This document shows positions 19,536-29,471 of a stretch of DNA of 64,000 nucleotides, piece after piece; the first letter of the stretch is position 1; every line of letters starts with the position of its first letter. Where the stretch lies: the NCBI GenBank assembly GCA_034114085.1, contig JAXEWB010000024.1, positions 11,405-75,404 of the forward strand, read 5' to 3'. A program made the position numbers and the translations under genes. The notes under the pieces were generated by a model. The model was not told the DNA's origin and did not search any database. It worked only from the letters and a program-made list of their open reading frames with translations. This DNA comes from Sphaerochaetaceae bacterium (GTDB lineage: Bacteria > Spirochaetota > Spirochaetia > Sphaerochaetales > Sphaerochaetaceae).

Positions 19536-21362
19536 ATGAGAGGTCGCAGTATAATGACGGGATGGAAAGCAAGGGGCTGTCTGGTCACTCTGGCGGTACT
19601 GTCGTGCATGACGCCGGTTTGGGCTTGCATGACGCTGGTCGTCGGCAAGGATGTATCCCCGACCGGACATGTGCTGGTCGCCCACAACGAGGACATCGGG
19701 GGCCGGACCATGGTGGAGCATGGGTGGGTCGAGCCGAAGGTCTGGCCGGACGGATATCTGCTTCCGGCGGAACCCGGACGTGCCGCGATCCCACAGATCG
19801 GTGAGACTTTCGGTTTCTATTGGATCCAGGCCAAGTCCGCAACCGGCGGGCATTCCAATGCCGATGGCTTCTTGAACGAGAACGGCGTACTGGTAGTCAG
19901 CAACAGCTGCGCTGATTCCAAAGTCATGGTATTTGACGATTCCCGACTTACCGACGGCGGCGTCGAATACAACCTGCGTCGCATCGTCGCGGAACGCGCA
20001 ACCAGCGCACGCAATGCCGTGGATATCATCATCGGCATGGTGAATGCCTATGGCTATGCGCCTTCCGGACGTACCTATACGGTGGCCGACAAGGATGAAG
20101 CCTGGCAGGTCCAGATCGCCAGCGGCAAGCTGTATGTCGCCGTTCGCTGTCCCTCGGATGAAGTCGTTGTGATTCCCAACCACTACACCGTCCATAAACT
20201 CTCCGATTTCGCCCCGCAGGACATCATCTATTCAGAGAATCTGATTCCCTACGCGACGGACTGGTGGTTCTATGATCCTGAAACCGACGGCGAGCTTGAC
20301 TTCGCAAAAGCCTATCAAGATGATTTCACCTGGAAATCGGCTGAGAACGTCCACCGCCACGCCCGCGCCATGTCGATCCTCCAGGGCCGTGCCTGGACGG
20401 AGGATTCCTATCCCTTTTCCGTGAAGCCCCGGGGCAAGGTCTCCGTCGACACGCTCAAGCAGATACTGCGCGACCACTACGAGGGTACGTTCAACGATCC
20501 TGCGTGGGGCAGGGCCGCCGTACCCGGCGGCGCCCCCCACGACACGGCAATCCGGCGCATCTGTACGGGTACGACCATCGAGAGCGTCGTCTGCCAGTTC
20601 TCCGATGTTCCCGCGCTGACTACGCTCTGGTCGGCGTTCGGCCGGCCATGCGAGCTGCCCTATGTGCCGTTGCATCCGCTGACGGGCCGGTTGCCCCGGG
20701 AGATTGACCAGATGGAGGATTCCTCGCTGGAACTGGAATGTCATTTGCTTCCTGACTATGCGCTGGTCGCCCACGAGGATAGCGGCTGGCAGCGGTTCAG
20801 GGACTTCGGAAACCGAATGGAGATGGTGTATGAGCAGAACATCTTCGCGCTCAGCCGCCTGCTGTGGAGCATGGAATGCGGCATGGCCGACTCCAACGCT
20901 ACGGCGGTGGAGCGTGCCTCTGCGCTTTTCCAAGCGGGACGCGGGACGGAAGCCATTGCGCTGCTGGCGACCTTCGACCAAATTCAGACAAACAGGGCTT
21001 TGGCGGTTATTACCGATTTCTCTAGGAATTTCAATGAAGCGCCCGCCTACTGCATCGGCGGCATCAGCCTTTCAAATCCCGCATCGACGTTCTATGTGAC
21101 GTTTGACCCGCCAGCGGGGGAGAGGCCGATGGAGGAATCCATGAAATTCGGCCTTGGCTCCCTCGACATCCGGTTGCAGTACGCCTCACCGATGCCCGGT
21201 TCGCTCCGGTGTGTCGGCGATGGGCGCTGGCAGGTGGCGTTCAGTCCATCGGTTCTGATGAACCGGATATACGCGCCCGGTCTGTTCGACTTTTTTCTGG
21301 GTGGACGAACTACGTCGGGCAACTCCTTCGTATCTCAGCTGCTGGTGAGGCTCGTCCAGTAG
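19536..21362 (+). CDS. C69-family dipeptidase with signal peptide and C-terminal extension
   Basis: A signal peptide is followed by ACMTLVVGKDVSPTGHVLVAHNEDIGG. This is the N-terminal nucleophile Cys context of peptidase C69. The start could be the Met at 19554. Confidence 0.85.
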   Translation: MRGRSIMTGWKARGCLVTLAVLSCMTPVWACMTLVVGKDVSPTGHVLVAHNEDIGGRTMVEHGWVEPKVWPDGYLLPAEPGRAAIPQIGETFGFYWIQAKSATGGHSNADGFLNENGVLVVSNSCADSKVMVFDDSRLTDGGVEYNLRRIVAERATSARNAVDIIIGMVNAYGYAPSGRTYTVADKDEAWQVQIASGKLYVAVRCPSDEVVVIPNHYTVHKLSDFAPQDIIYSENLIPYATDWWFYDPETDGELDFAKAYQDDFTWKSAENVHRHARAMSILQGRAWTEDSYPFSVKPRGKVSVDTLKQILRDHYEGTFNDPAWGRAAVPGGAPHDTAIRRICTGTTIESVVCQFSDVPALTTLWSAFGRPCELPYVPLHPLTGRLPREIDQMEDSSLELECHLLPDYALVAHEDSGWQRFRDFGNRMEMVYEQNIFALSRLLWSMECGMADSNATAVERASALFQAGRGTEAIALLATFDQIQTNRALAVITDFSRNFNEAPAYCIGGISLSNPASTFYVTFDPPAGERPMEESMKFGLGSLDIRLQYASPMPGSLRCVGDGRWQVAFSPSVLMNRIYAPGLFDFFLGGRTTSGNSFVSQLLVRLVQ

Positions 21363-21491
21363 CGGGGGAGCCGCTAGCGAATACGGCTGGAGTAACGCCG
21401 CCATTGGTTCTTCATGCCGGATGAGAACTGCGTTCTTGCAAGGTCGGACCTAGGAACTTGGACTTCGGGGACGGACTGGGGAGCTATACGG

Positions 21492-21896
21492 TCATCGGGT
21501 GACGGCCTTTTTGTTCCTGGCCTTTCTTTCCGCCTCCCACATAAGATTCTCCTCGACCCTGAAACGGACGATCCTCTCGACTAGCTCGTATGGGATGGGG
21601 CGGGAGATAGGGAACTGTATGGCTCCCTTCGATGTCTTGTATCCAGTCAGTTCGCCCAGAAAATGCTCTACGCCGCTCGCGCCAGGATAAAATCCGACAT
21701 GATGCTTGCCCATGGCGAAGTGGACGAGGTTGCCGAACAGGTAGAACGTGGGCATCCGCCAGCTGATTTTCTCGGTTGCTTCTGGAGCAGCCTGCCGTAT
21801 GGTTTGGCGCAATCGTTGCAGGCGTTCTTGTATGTCTTGGGGAAATAATTCAATATATCCGTCTATCGTCGTATAATTTGATATTGCTTCGTCCAT
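21492..21896 (-). CDS. DUF1801 (YdhG-like) domain protein
   Basis: The matching stretch is IDGYIELFPQDIQERLQRLRQTIRQAAPEATEKISWRMPTFYLFGNLVHFAMGKHHVGFYPG. The start is at MDEAIS (21896). Confidence 0.75.
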   Translation of the reverse strand: MDEAISNYTTIDGYIELFPQDIQERLQRLRQTIRQAAPEATEKISWRMPTFYLFGNLVHFAMGKHHVGFYPGASGVEHFLGELTGYKTSKGAIQFPISRPIPYELVERIVRFRVEENLMWEAERKARNKKAVTR

Positions 21897-22128
21897 GATG
21901 TTTTCCCTCCATCGACTGGATGATGAAACGGTACACAAAAACCGCCAGCTGGACAAGACTTTCCCTGATGCTTTCTGTTTTCCCGGTTTGTACCAAATCT
22001 CTTGATAAAATTTGTTGCAATTTGTTGCGTTCATGGTATGATGGGGGTGCCGGACAGCGAAGGACAAGCTGTCGGCGCATATCTTTATCAATCATGTGAA
22101 GCGCCCGAGAATGGGCCGGGAGAAGTCT

Positions 22129-23073
22129 ATGGACAGCAAACTGATTGTCATTGCGATCGGGGGAAACTCGCTTATCGAAGATTCGCGTCATGTCACGGTA
22201 TCAGCTCAGTACGAAGCCGCCCGCAAGACCGCGGCCCATATCGTCAAACTAGTTCAGGCCGGGCACCGGGTGGTTATCGCCCATGGAAACGGGCCGCAGG
22301 TCGGATATATCCTGCTTCGCGCCGAATTCTCCCGTTCCATCCTCCATACCGTTCCGTTGGACAGTTGTGTGGCGGATACTCAGGGAGCAATCGGGTACAA
22401 CCTGCAAATGGCGCTGGACAATGAATTTACGAAAGTAGGGCTTCAGCCGCAGGTCGCGACCGTCGTCACGCAGGTCGAAGTATCCGACTCCGACCCGTCA
22501 TTCCAGAAGCCGACGAAGCCGATTGGTTCCTTCATGACAAAGGAGGATGCGCAATACCATGTCGATCATGACGGCTGGAACGTGGTGGAGGACGCCGGGC
22601 GTGGCTACCGTCGTGTAGTCGCCAGCCCGAAGCCAGTATCCATCATAGAGCTTGGTACGGTAAAGACGCTTCTTGACAACAACATCATCGTCATTGCAGG
22701 CGGTGGCGGCGGCATTCCCGTGGTGCGCAAGCCGGACGGGATGCTCGAGGGCCGGGAGGCTGTCATCGACAAGGATCTTGCCGCGGCTCTGATGGCGAAG
22801 CGGCTCAACGCCGACCTGTTCGTCATTTCGACCGCCGTCGAGAAGGTCTGCCTCAACTACGGGAAGCCTGACCAGAAGGCGTTGGATACCATTACCACTG
22901 AAGAAGCGAAACAATATGTCAAGGAAGGCCATTTCGCCCCCGGCAGCATGCTGCCGAAGGTGCAGGCGATCATCGATTTCGTGGAATCGACCGGCAATAT
23001 GGGCTTGATCACCGATCCTGAACATATCTACGGCGCGCTCTACGAGGGCAAGGGGACGAAGATCGTACGGTGA
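22129..23073 (+). CDS. arcC: carbamate kinase
   Basis: The N-terminus is LIVIAIGGNSLIED...VVIAHGNGPQVGYILL. The C-terminal motifs are IIVIAGGGGGIPV and HFAPGSMLPKVQA. Confidence 0.9.
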   Translation: MDSKLIVIAIGGNSLIEDSRHVTVSAQYEAARKTAAHIVKLVQAGHRVVIAHGNGPQVGYILLRAEFSRSILHTVPLDSCVADTQGAIGYNLQMALDNEFTKVGLQPQVATVVTQVEVSDSDPSFQKPTKPIGSFMTKEDAQYHVDHDGWNVVEDAGRGYRRVVASPKPVSIIELGTVKTLLDNNIIVIAGGGGGIPVVRKPDGMLEGREAVIDKDLAAALMAKRLNADLFVISTAVEKVCLNYGKPDQKALDTITTEEAKQYVKEGHFAPGSMLPKVQAIIDFVESTGNMGLITDPEHIYGALYEGKGTKIVR

Positions 23074-23669
23074 GCAAAACGCTGAAAGCATTCTTTTCCG
23101 ACCACCATGGCGCTATCGTCAGCATTGTGGTGGTTCTTGTCGTAGTCATCGTCGGGGCCGTCATCATGGATGGTTTCAACGGCAATACGCTGAACAGGGC
23201 CCGGGCGGCGGTAGATTCTGCCAGGAAGGAGGTCGACGCACTGCTGGACCGTCGTTTTGAGCTGGCTTCGGAACTATCCCCTGTCCTCCAAGCCCTGACG
23301 ATAGAGGCGCGTTCAATGTCGGACGGCCTGGATGCCACGGTGTCTGCGTATCGGATGGCTGGCGATGCCGCCGTTCCGATTTCCGACTCCTACAACCAGC
23401 TCGATGATATTCTGAAACAACTTCAACGCACATTGATCCTTCGCCCGAGTCTGCAAGAGGGTTCTGACGGACAGACCGTGGTCAGGTTGCTCAAGACGTT
23501 GGGGGAGTGTGAGGAAGCTCTCGTCGGAGCGATGTCTGCGTATGAAGATGCGGCGCTTCAATTGGAGCGCCGCATCGATAGTTTCCCGATGAATTTCAGT
23601 GCTTCCCGCCGCGGTATCTCCACGCCTCCGCGGTTTTCAATCCAGCGGGCGCTGCAGACCAAGCCGTAA
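23070..23669 (+). CDS. LemA-like membrane protein (divergent)
   Basis: The GTG start overlaps the arcC stop (GTGA). It has one N-terminal TM segment (IVSIVVVLVVVIVGAVI). The helical body has a LemA-like pattern (VDALLDRRFEL...YNQLDDIL...SAYEDAALQLERRIDSFPMNF). Confidence 0.55.
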   Translation: MSKTLKAFFSDHHGAIVSIVVVLVVVIVGAVIMDGFNGNTLNRARAAVDSARKEVDALLDRRFELASELSPVLQALTIEARSMSDGLDATVSAYRMAGDAAVPISDSYNQLDDILKQLQRTLILRPSLQEGSDGQTVVRLLKTLGECEEALVGAMSAYEDAALQLERRIDSFPMNFSASRRGISTPPRFSIQRALQTKP

Positions 23670-23736
23670 ATAATCCCCCGTATTCTGACGGTTCTGGATT
23701 TTCCTTACATTATTCTGGTGTGACTGCGTACCGCTG

Positions 23737-25332
23737 TCAGGCTTTTTCACTATCGGAAACGGGAGCGTCCCCTGTGTCCTGATGTCCTGTAGCTTGGTCA
23801 TCCTCATAAACAGGATGTTCATCCTGCGGCGAAACGGATGATTGCGGGGTGATGGCGACCGTCGCCGGGCGATGGTCCGTTTCCTCTAGTCCCTCCGCCC
23901 GTAACCTGTTCTGCCGCCGGATTTCTCTTGTCAGCTCCTTTTCCCGCCGGCGTTCATCCCTGCTCTTTCGTTTCGGACGCTTCCTTGGAGCGAACCTGAT
24001 TACCCAGCCCTGCAACGCATAGTAGGGGAGCAGGACGGCCAGGATCGGGAAATTCGCCTGATGGAAAATGTCCGGCAAAGCTCCTTTGAGGATCAGCAGC
24101 ACAAGGCCAAGGGCGGAGAGCGTCCTGAAGCCCCTCTGCAATCCATGGATATTGCCTCTGATGCTGAACGCGATGACGAATGACTGAACCGCCATGACCA
24201 GCAGCCATGGGTTGGCGAAAACAATGTTCTCATTGTACCAAGTGACATCGTGTGTGGAGCATGTCATCATGAATAGCAGTACAGAGGATACAATCCCTAG
24301 AACCAGGCACAACACGCCGTTGTAGAAGCCAAAAAGGAAACGGGGCAACGCATATCCATATTCTTTGTTGCAATGCCTGCGGTACCACCAGAGCAATCCA
24401 AGCCCGATGCCGCCGAGGATAAATCCGGCGAGCAGCGAAGGGAGGAATGTGCGGGGTGCCTCGGTCTTGTCCGCGGGACGCACGCCGAGACCTTTCGTGT
24501 CGTTGCGTATTTCCGTGGATTGGACGAGTGGCCGCGTAGTGCCGTCCGGCCAGGTCCATGAGAAATCACCTGCGGCCTGTTCAAGGATTTCCGGCAGGAA
24601 CATTTCGTCCCAGAGCGTGATGCGATGGTCTATTTCCCCGCTTTGAAGAAAGTTAAGCCCCCAATCCACAATCGGGTCGCTAATCGTATGCCGCATGACA
24701 TGCTGGCGGTACGTACCAGTTCCTGGAATTCCCTGCGCCCAGGTCTTGAATGCTCCGCCGGTCGCCGCATTGATGATATCCCTGATTCGTGTGGCGCAGT
24801 TGTCCTTGAAATGATGGTACAGGTAGGTGTTGTTCTCTGGCTGGATGTTGGCGTTGAGGAACTCGATTGCCGCGAGTTTCGCGGACGGGGGAAGGTCGAG
24901 CGTCTGCACCCGCACGTCCCGCTGTTCCTTGACGGCTTCGTCAAGCCGCCAGTCGGCGGCTGAACCCATCACATTGTAATACAGGCGTCCCAATGCGAAA
25001 TTGCGGTAGAAATGATCTTGTTTGAAATTGAAGATTCCGTAGTCGAACATCACCGAAGTCCCCTCCGGCGGCACAACGACCAGCGAAGAATGCCCGAACC
25101 AGGCGTAGAGCGGGTTGCCCCTGCCGATTGTGACGAGCTGTATTTCGCAGGTTTCGGCGAATTCCCTCTGGGACTCCGGAATTGAAAAGTCGAAGTTCCA
25201 CTGTGCGAGCATCCCCTCAGAATCGAAAGGCTGGACGGCGTGTACGTCTTCAATGACGGAAAAAGCCGACGCCGAGGCCGCCGCGACGAATATCAGGCCC
25301 ACTGCCAACCAGAACGCTCTTCGAATTTTCAT
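23737..25332 (-). CDS. DUF4105 (Lnb N-terminal domain) membrane protein
   Basis: The signal peptide is followed by LVTIGRGNPLYAWFGHSSLVV...YHHFKDNCATRIRDII, typical of DUF4105. The C-terminal half has several TM segments and a charged tail. Confidence 0.75.
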   Translation of the reverse strand: MKIRRAFWLAVGLIFVAAASASAFSVIEDVHAVQPFDSEGMLAQWNFDFSIPESQREFAETCEIQLVTIGRGNPLYAWFGHSSLVVVPPEGTSVMFDYGIFNFKQDHFYRNFALGRLYYNVMGSAADWRLDEAVKEQRDVRVQTLDLPPSAKLAAIEFLNANIQPENNTYLYHHFKDNCATRIRDIINAATGGAFKTWAQGIPGTGTYRQHVMRHTISDPIVDWGLNFLQSGEIDHRITLWDEMFLPEILEQAAGDFSWTWPDGTTRPLVQSTEIRNDTKGLGVRPADKTEAPRTFLPSLLAGFILGGIGLGLLWWYRRHCNKEYGYALPRFLFGFYNGVLCLVLGIVSSVLLFMMTCSTHDVTWYNENIVFANPWLLVMAVQSFVIAFSIRGNIHGLQRGFRTLSALGLVLLILKGALPDIFHQANFPILAVLLPYYALQGWVIRFAPRKRPKRKSRDERRREKELTREIRRQNRLRAEGLEETDHRPATVAITPQSSVSPQDEHPVYEDDQATGHQDTGDAPVSDSEKA

Positions 25333-25531
25333 ACCGACAGAATAGCACATAAGGTGCGTTCATCCAATAACCTGCCGTGGAGAAACTCTTTCTCTTTTCC
25401 TCGTGTGATGTCGGTGATGAAAAATCTCCCTGTATGTCCGGATTCTTGTCGTCCGGGACGGTGATTCCTATTCGATAGCAGGTTGACAGGGGCGGGCTGA
25501 CCGTCTACTCTGGACGGTACAGGGAGGCGAG

Positions 25532-26266
25532 ATGGAGCGGAACATCACCACGTTGGCAGTCGTGCTGCAAAGCCGCAGATGGGGTGAACTGCACCGCAAG
25601 GTCTCGTTGCTGACTCCCGAGCTGGGGATCATCGACGTCCTGGTGTATGGCGCGAGGAAGGGGCGTCAGGCGGGAAAGGCCGAAAGATTCCTTACCGGTA
25701 GGTTTTTTTTGTATTATAATCCTGTCAGGCAGGAGTATTCGTTGGTGGATGTCGAACCGCTGGCGGCGCATGAAGTGTTGGGGGAGGATCTCCGCCGGGT
25801 ATGGGCCGCCTCGTTTTGCGTCGAGCTGATTTTGCGGACCGGAGGAGGGGAAAGCCTGCTGTTGTTCCTGTTGCTGACGCAGACGCTGGACCTGCTGTCT
25901 GACGGGGCCGTGGTGGACAGGGTGCTGATTCAATACGTCTGGAAATTGCTCCATATCGCGGGCAACGCCGCCGGCTTGGAGTCCTGTCCGGTGTGCGACC
26001 GGTTGTACGAACCGGATGAAATCCTCGGTTTCAGCCTATCGTTACTGGCGCCCTGTTGCCGTTCCTGCGCCGGAGAAGGCTACGAGATGATACTGCCGCC
26101 CGGCGCGAGGCGATACCTGGCGCTGACGGAAAAGCTGGAGATGCCCGAGGCCGTTTCCGTGGAATTGAGCGAAGCCGCCCAACAGCGAGTCAAGGCGTAT
26201 ATGCTACGGTATGCGTCGTTGTTTGCTGGCGAAGGACTGAAGACTCTCGCCGCCGGAGTCCTGTAG
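25532..26266 (+). CDS. recO: DNA repair protein RecO
   Basis: N-terminal OB-fold pattern (AVVLQSRRWGELHRKVSLLTPELGIIDVLVYGARK) and C-terminal zinc motif CPVCDR...CRSC. Confidence 0.85.
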   Translation: MERNITTLAVVLQSRRWGELHRKVSLLTPELGIIDVLVYGARKGRQAGKAERFLTGRFFLYYNPVRQEYSLVDVEPLAAHEVLGEDLRRVWAASFCVELILRTGGGESLLLFLLLTQTLDLLSDGAVVDRVLIQYVWKLLHIAGNAAGLESCPVCDRLYEPDEILGFSLSLLAPCCRSCAGEGYEMILPPGARRYLALTEKLEMPEAVSVELSEAAQQRVKAYMLRYASLFAGEGLKTLAAGVL

Positions 26267-26524
26267 CCCCTCTCGTTTGGAGGAGCGCCGTCGGACTCTT
26301 GCGAACCCCTTGGCGGCGTCGAGTCCCTTGATGTTTTTTCGCCGGGAACGCCGGCCCTGATCCTTTTCTTCCGCGAAGGGTCTTGCAATACATGGAACCG
26401 GCGATGCCGTTCCCTTCAGGAACTTCATCGCACGGCCTATGACAGCGGAAACGGACGTTCCTTGGCCTTGGTCCTTCGACGTCCGTTGAATGCGTAAAAA
26501 CAATAACAAGGTTGATGATTGTAT

Positions 26525-28660
26525 ATGACATGGAAAAAGACTCGCATTTCCGCCGAAGTGGTTCGGCAGTTGCATGAGCGGTTCGGGATCGACTTGATAA
26601 CCGCCTCGATTCTTGCCCGGCGGGATGTGCAGACGCCCGACCAGGCGAAGTTCTATCTTGAATCCGAACTGACGTACCTGCGCAATCCGTTTCTGTTCGA
26701 TGACATGGAGACGTTTGTTGACCGTATCGCGAACGCCAGGGAAGACGCTGAGAAAGTCAGGATTTTCGGAGACCGCGACGTAGATGGCATTACCAGCACC
26801 GTGCTGCTCAAGCAGGAGCTGGACCGGCTGGGGATCGAGACTTCGTACAAGCTTCCTGAGGGAGATGAACCGTACGGTATTACGATAGCGGGGGTGGAAC
26901 AGGCGCATGCCGATGGGGTGACGCTGATTATTACCGTGGACTGCGGCATTTCCAATTATGAAGAAATAGCCCGTGCCAGTGAGCTCGGCATCGATACCAT
27001 CATCCTTGACCATCACATTTCGGGAGACTTGATTCCTCCCGCAGTGGCGGTGATCGACCCGAAGGCTGAAGGAAGCGGTTATCCGTTTCCCCATCTGGCG
27101 GGATGCGGCGTCGTGGCCAAGTGTATCTGGGCATTGAGATTTTCACAGACCGATTTCTATCATGAGGAGTTTATCCTGCTTCATGCGCAGCCCGGCAACG
27201 ATACCGTGATCATCCAGGCCGTCAGGCTTGAAAACCTACTGGAGGTCGACAGGGTGGTCGAGGAGGTCGTTCCCGGAGTCCTTCCCGCTTCGCAAAGCCG
27301 TCTGATCGACTTCCTGTCCTGCGGGTTGCCGATACTCGTGCTGGACACCGATGTCGAGACACAGCAGTTGCGCAAGGCGTTCGGCAAGAACGTCGACATC
27401 CACCTCGCCGACCTCCGTCCTGAGATGGAGCTCGTACTTCCTGTCATCAAGGGACGTAGCCTGTTCACGCTTTCGACGATGAGCCGTGCCGTCCGATACA
27501 GCGGCAACCATGGAAGGGACGAGTTGGAAGCGCTGGTTTCGTTGTTCAACGCTTATGTATTGAAGAAATATCCGTCCCTTTCCACCGACTATGAGAAGAT
27601 TCTCGATCTGGTGGCGATCGGTACGGTCGCCGACCTGATGCCGATGGTGGATGAAAACAGAATCCTGGTGAAGAAGGGGCTGAAGGTGCTGATGGAAGGC
27701 GACCGTAAGAACCTGCTTCCCCTGATGACCATGCAGAACCTGTCGGGCAGGGCGATCGGGACGACCGATTTGGGGTGGCAGCTTTCGCCGATCATCAACG
27801 CGTCGGGTCGGATGGGCTGTCCCGGTGTCGCCGCCGACATGCTGCTGGTGGAGGACCTTCGCGATTGTGAGCAGTTGGCCGGCAATCTGATTCGGTTGAA
27901 CAAAGAGCGTCAGAAGCTCGGAGAGGATTCCTGGGATCGTCTGCTTCCCAAGGCGAAGGAGAGCCTGGAGGAGTTCGGCAGCAAATTCCTTATGGTCGAG
28001 GATTCCTCGCTTTCCCGCGGTATCACCGGGGTGATGGCCGCTCGGTTGCTCAAGCAATTTTCCGTACCATCGCTTGTGATAGCCCAGGTCGAAGGTGCTC
28101 GCGCTACAGGTTCGATGCGTAGTCCCGCCGGTTTTAACGTCAGGGATTTCCTCGCCCGGTTCGACGACTTGTTCCTTGATTTCGGCGGACATGCCTGTGC
28201 TGGCGGATTCTCCATCGATTCCAAGGATTTGGCGGTGCTTCATGATCGTATGATGGAGCAGATTGATTGTATGGATATCGCGGATGAGGAAGAGGAATCC
28301 ATCAGGGTCGACTGCACGTTGCCTCCCGATTATCTTAATCCCGACATTATCAAGCTGGTCGAGTTCTTTGAGCCGTATGGCGAGCAGAATCCTCCGCTTC
28401 AGTTCCTGATGGAAGGCGCCCTCATAGAGGACATGCAGTTCCTCAACAACGCGAAGGCTGGCCCCGCCCACCTGAAGCTGACTTTCGGCTTTGGAAGCTA
28501 CAAATGGCCCGCGGTGTTTTGGAAGGCCGGAGACAGGGTGGGGAAGGACTTTGATGCCGGGGATTGCGCCGATGTCGTGTTTCGCCTTGGGCGCAATTAC
28601 TACAAGAACCATGAGACCTTGCAGTTGACCGTCCTTGACATGAAGCGGCATGGAGCGTAA
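26525..28660 (+). CDS. recJ: single-stranded-DNA-specific exonuclease RecJ
   Basis: The DHH motifs are IFGDRDVDGITS, TVDCGISN and ILDHHISG. The DHHA1 motif is GGHACAGGFS. Confidence 0.9.
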   Translation: MTWKKTRISAEVVRQLHERFGIDLITASILARRDVQTPDQAKFYLESELTYLRNPFLFDDMETFVDRIANAREDAEKVRIFGDRDVDGITSTVLLKQELDRLGIETSYKLPEGDEPYGITIAGVEQAHADGVTLIITVDCGISNYEEIARASELGIDTIILDHHISGDLIPPAVAVIDPKAEGSGYPFPHLAGCGVVAKCIWALRFSQTDFYHEEFILLHAQPGNDTVIIQAVRLENLLEVDRVVEEVVPGVLPASQSRLIDFLSCGLPILVLDTDVETQQLRKAFGKNVDIHLADLRPEMELVLPVIKGRSLFTLSTMSRAVRYSGNHGRDELEALVSLFNAYVLKKYPSLSTDYEKILDLVAIGTVADLMPMVDENRILVKKGLKVLMEGDRKNLLPLMTMQNLSGRAIGTTDLGWQLSPIINASGRMGCPGVAADMLLVEDLRDCEQLAGNLIRLNKERQKLGEDSWDRLLPKAKESLEEFGSKFLMVEDSSLSRGITGVMAARLLKQFSVPSLVIAQVEGARATGSMRSPAGFNVRDFLARFDDLFLDFGGHACAGGFSIDSKDLAVLHDRMMEQIDCMDIADEEEESIRVDCTLPPDYLNPDIIKLVEFFEPYGEQNPPLQFLMEGALIEDMQFLNNAKAGPAHLKLTFGFGSYKWPAVFWKAGDRVGKDFDAGDCADVVFRLGRNYYKNHETLQLTVLDMKRHGA

Positions 28661-28688
28661 AAAGTGCCATGCGATTGTCGTTTTTCGC

Positions 28689-28718
28689 TTGACATTTTAA
28701 TTTTTTTTCAAGATTATT
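28689..28718 (+). promoter_or_regulatory. possible promoter of rpsU
   Basis: A TTGACA at 28689-28694 is followed by an 18-nt T-rich spacer. The -10 candidate ATTATT is weak. Confidence 0.35.
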
Positions 28719-28769
28719 ACAGAGCATTTTGACCCGAGGCGAAATACGGGAAGGGGGTGATGTTAGTTT

Positions 28770-28979
28770 ATGGCCTATGTAAAAGTTGATGACAACGAAC
28801 CATTGGAGAAGTCGATTAAGCGCTTCAAGAGAATGGTTGAGAAAGAAGGCATCATCCGCGAGTGGAAGAAGCGCGAGTATTTTGAAAAGCCCTCCACCAT
28901 CCTGAACCGGAAGAAGAAGGCTCTCGCCCGCAAGCAGATGAAGAAGGTGCGCAAGTTGCATGCCTCCAAGAGCTATTAA
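28770..28979 (+). CDS. rpsU: 30S ribosomal protein S21
   Basis: The 69-aa sequence contains [31 protein letters not shown]. This is the canonical S21 sequence. Confidence 0.95.
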   Translation: MAYVKVDDNEPLEKSIKRFKRMVEKEGIIREWKKREYFEKPSTILNRKKKALARKQMKKVRKLHASKSY

Positions 28980-29010
28980 GCTTGAGCAGTCCGTACTGAA
29001 ACAGCGTTTA

Positions 29011-29045
29011 CTCCCTCTGTAGCCGAAAGGTTGCGGAGGGTTTTT
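29011..29045 (+). terminator. intrinsic terminator after rpsU
   Basis: The stem is CCTCTGTAGCC/GGTTGCGGAGG (11 bp including three G-U pairs) with a GAAA tetraloop. It is followed by TTTTT. Confidence 0.75.
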
Positions 29046-29292
29046 CTTACTTTCTTGACGTTCATGTTCATGGACAAAATCGGTGTTTCCATGTATAACA
29101 TGAACAATGCGGGCGATGTGGTGTTCTGTCTCCCGTTTTGCCCGTCTGGATTTTTTTCTCGCACTGCGGTTCTGTTGTTTCTCCCTGAATCGGGCGTTGG
29201 CTCGGCTTTTGACTTGTAAGGATTTTATTAATTATTTTTTCATCAACAATTACGCCTCAAATTTATCATAACGTAAATTTAATAAAAAAAAT

Positions 29293-29322
29293 TTGACAAA
29301 TACATTACTTGCACGGTACAAT
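29293..29322 (+). promoter_or_regulatory. strong sigma70-like promoter upstream of serA-like/serC
   Basis: The elements are TTGACA (29293-29298), an 18-nt spacer and TACAAT (29317-29322). An A/T-rich UP-like stretch including A8 precedes them. Confidence 0.6.
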
Positions 29323-29471
29323 AAACATGCTTGGCTAAAATAATGCGTCTGCATGTTTCTGTAGGCGTTCATTTTTTGGCGGCGTGGTTTTGTGCGGGGC
29401 GCCCCCGCAAGAAGTTTCAAGACGGGTCTTGTTGGATGGACATCCAGGACCTAGCAATAAGGAGCGGATAA

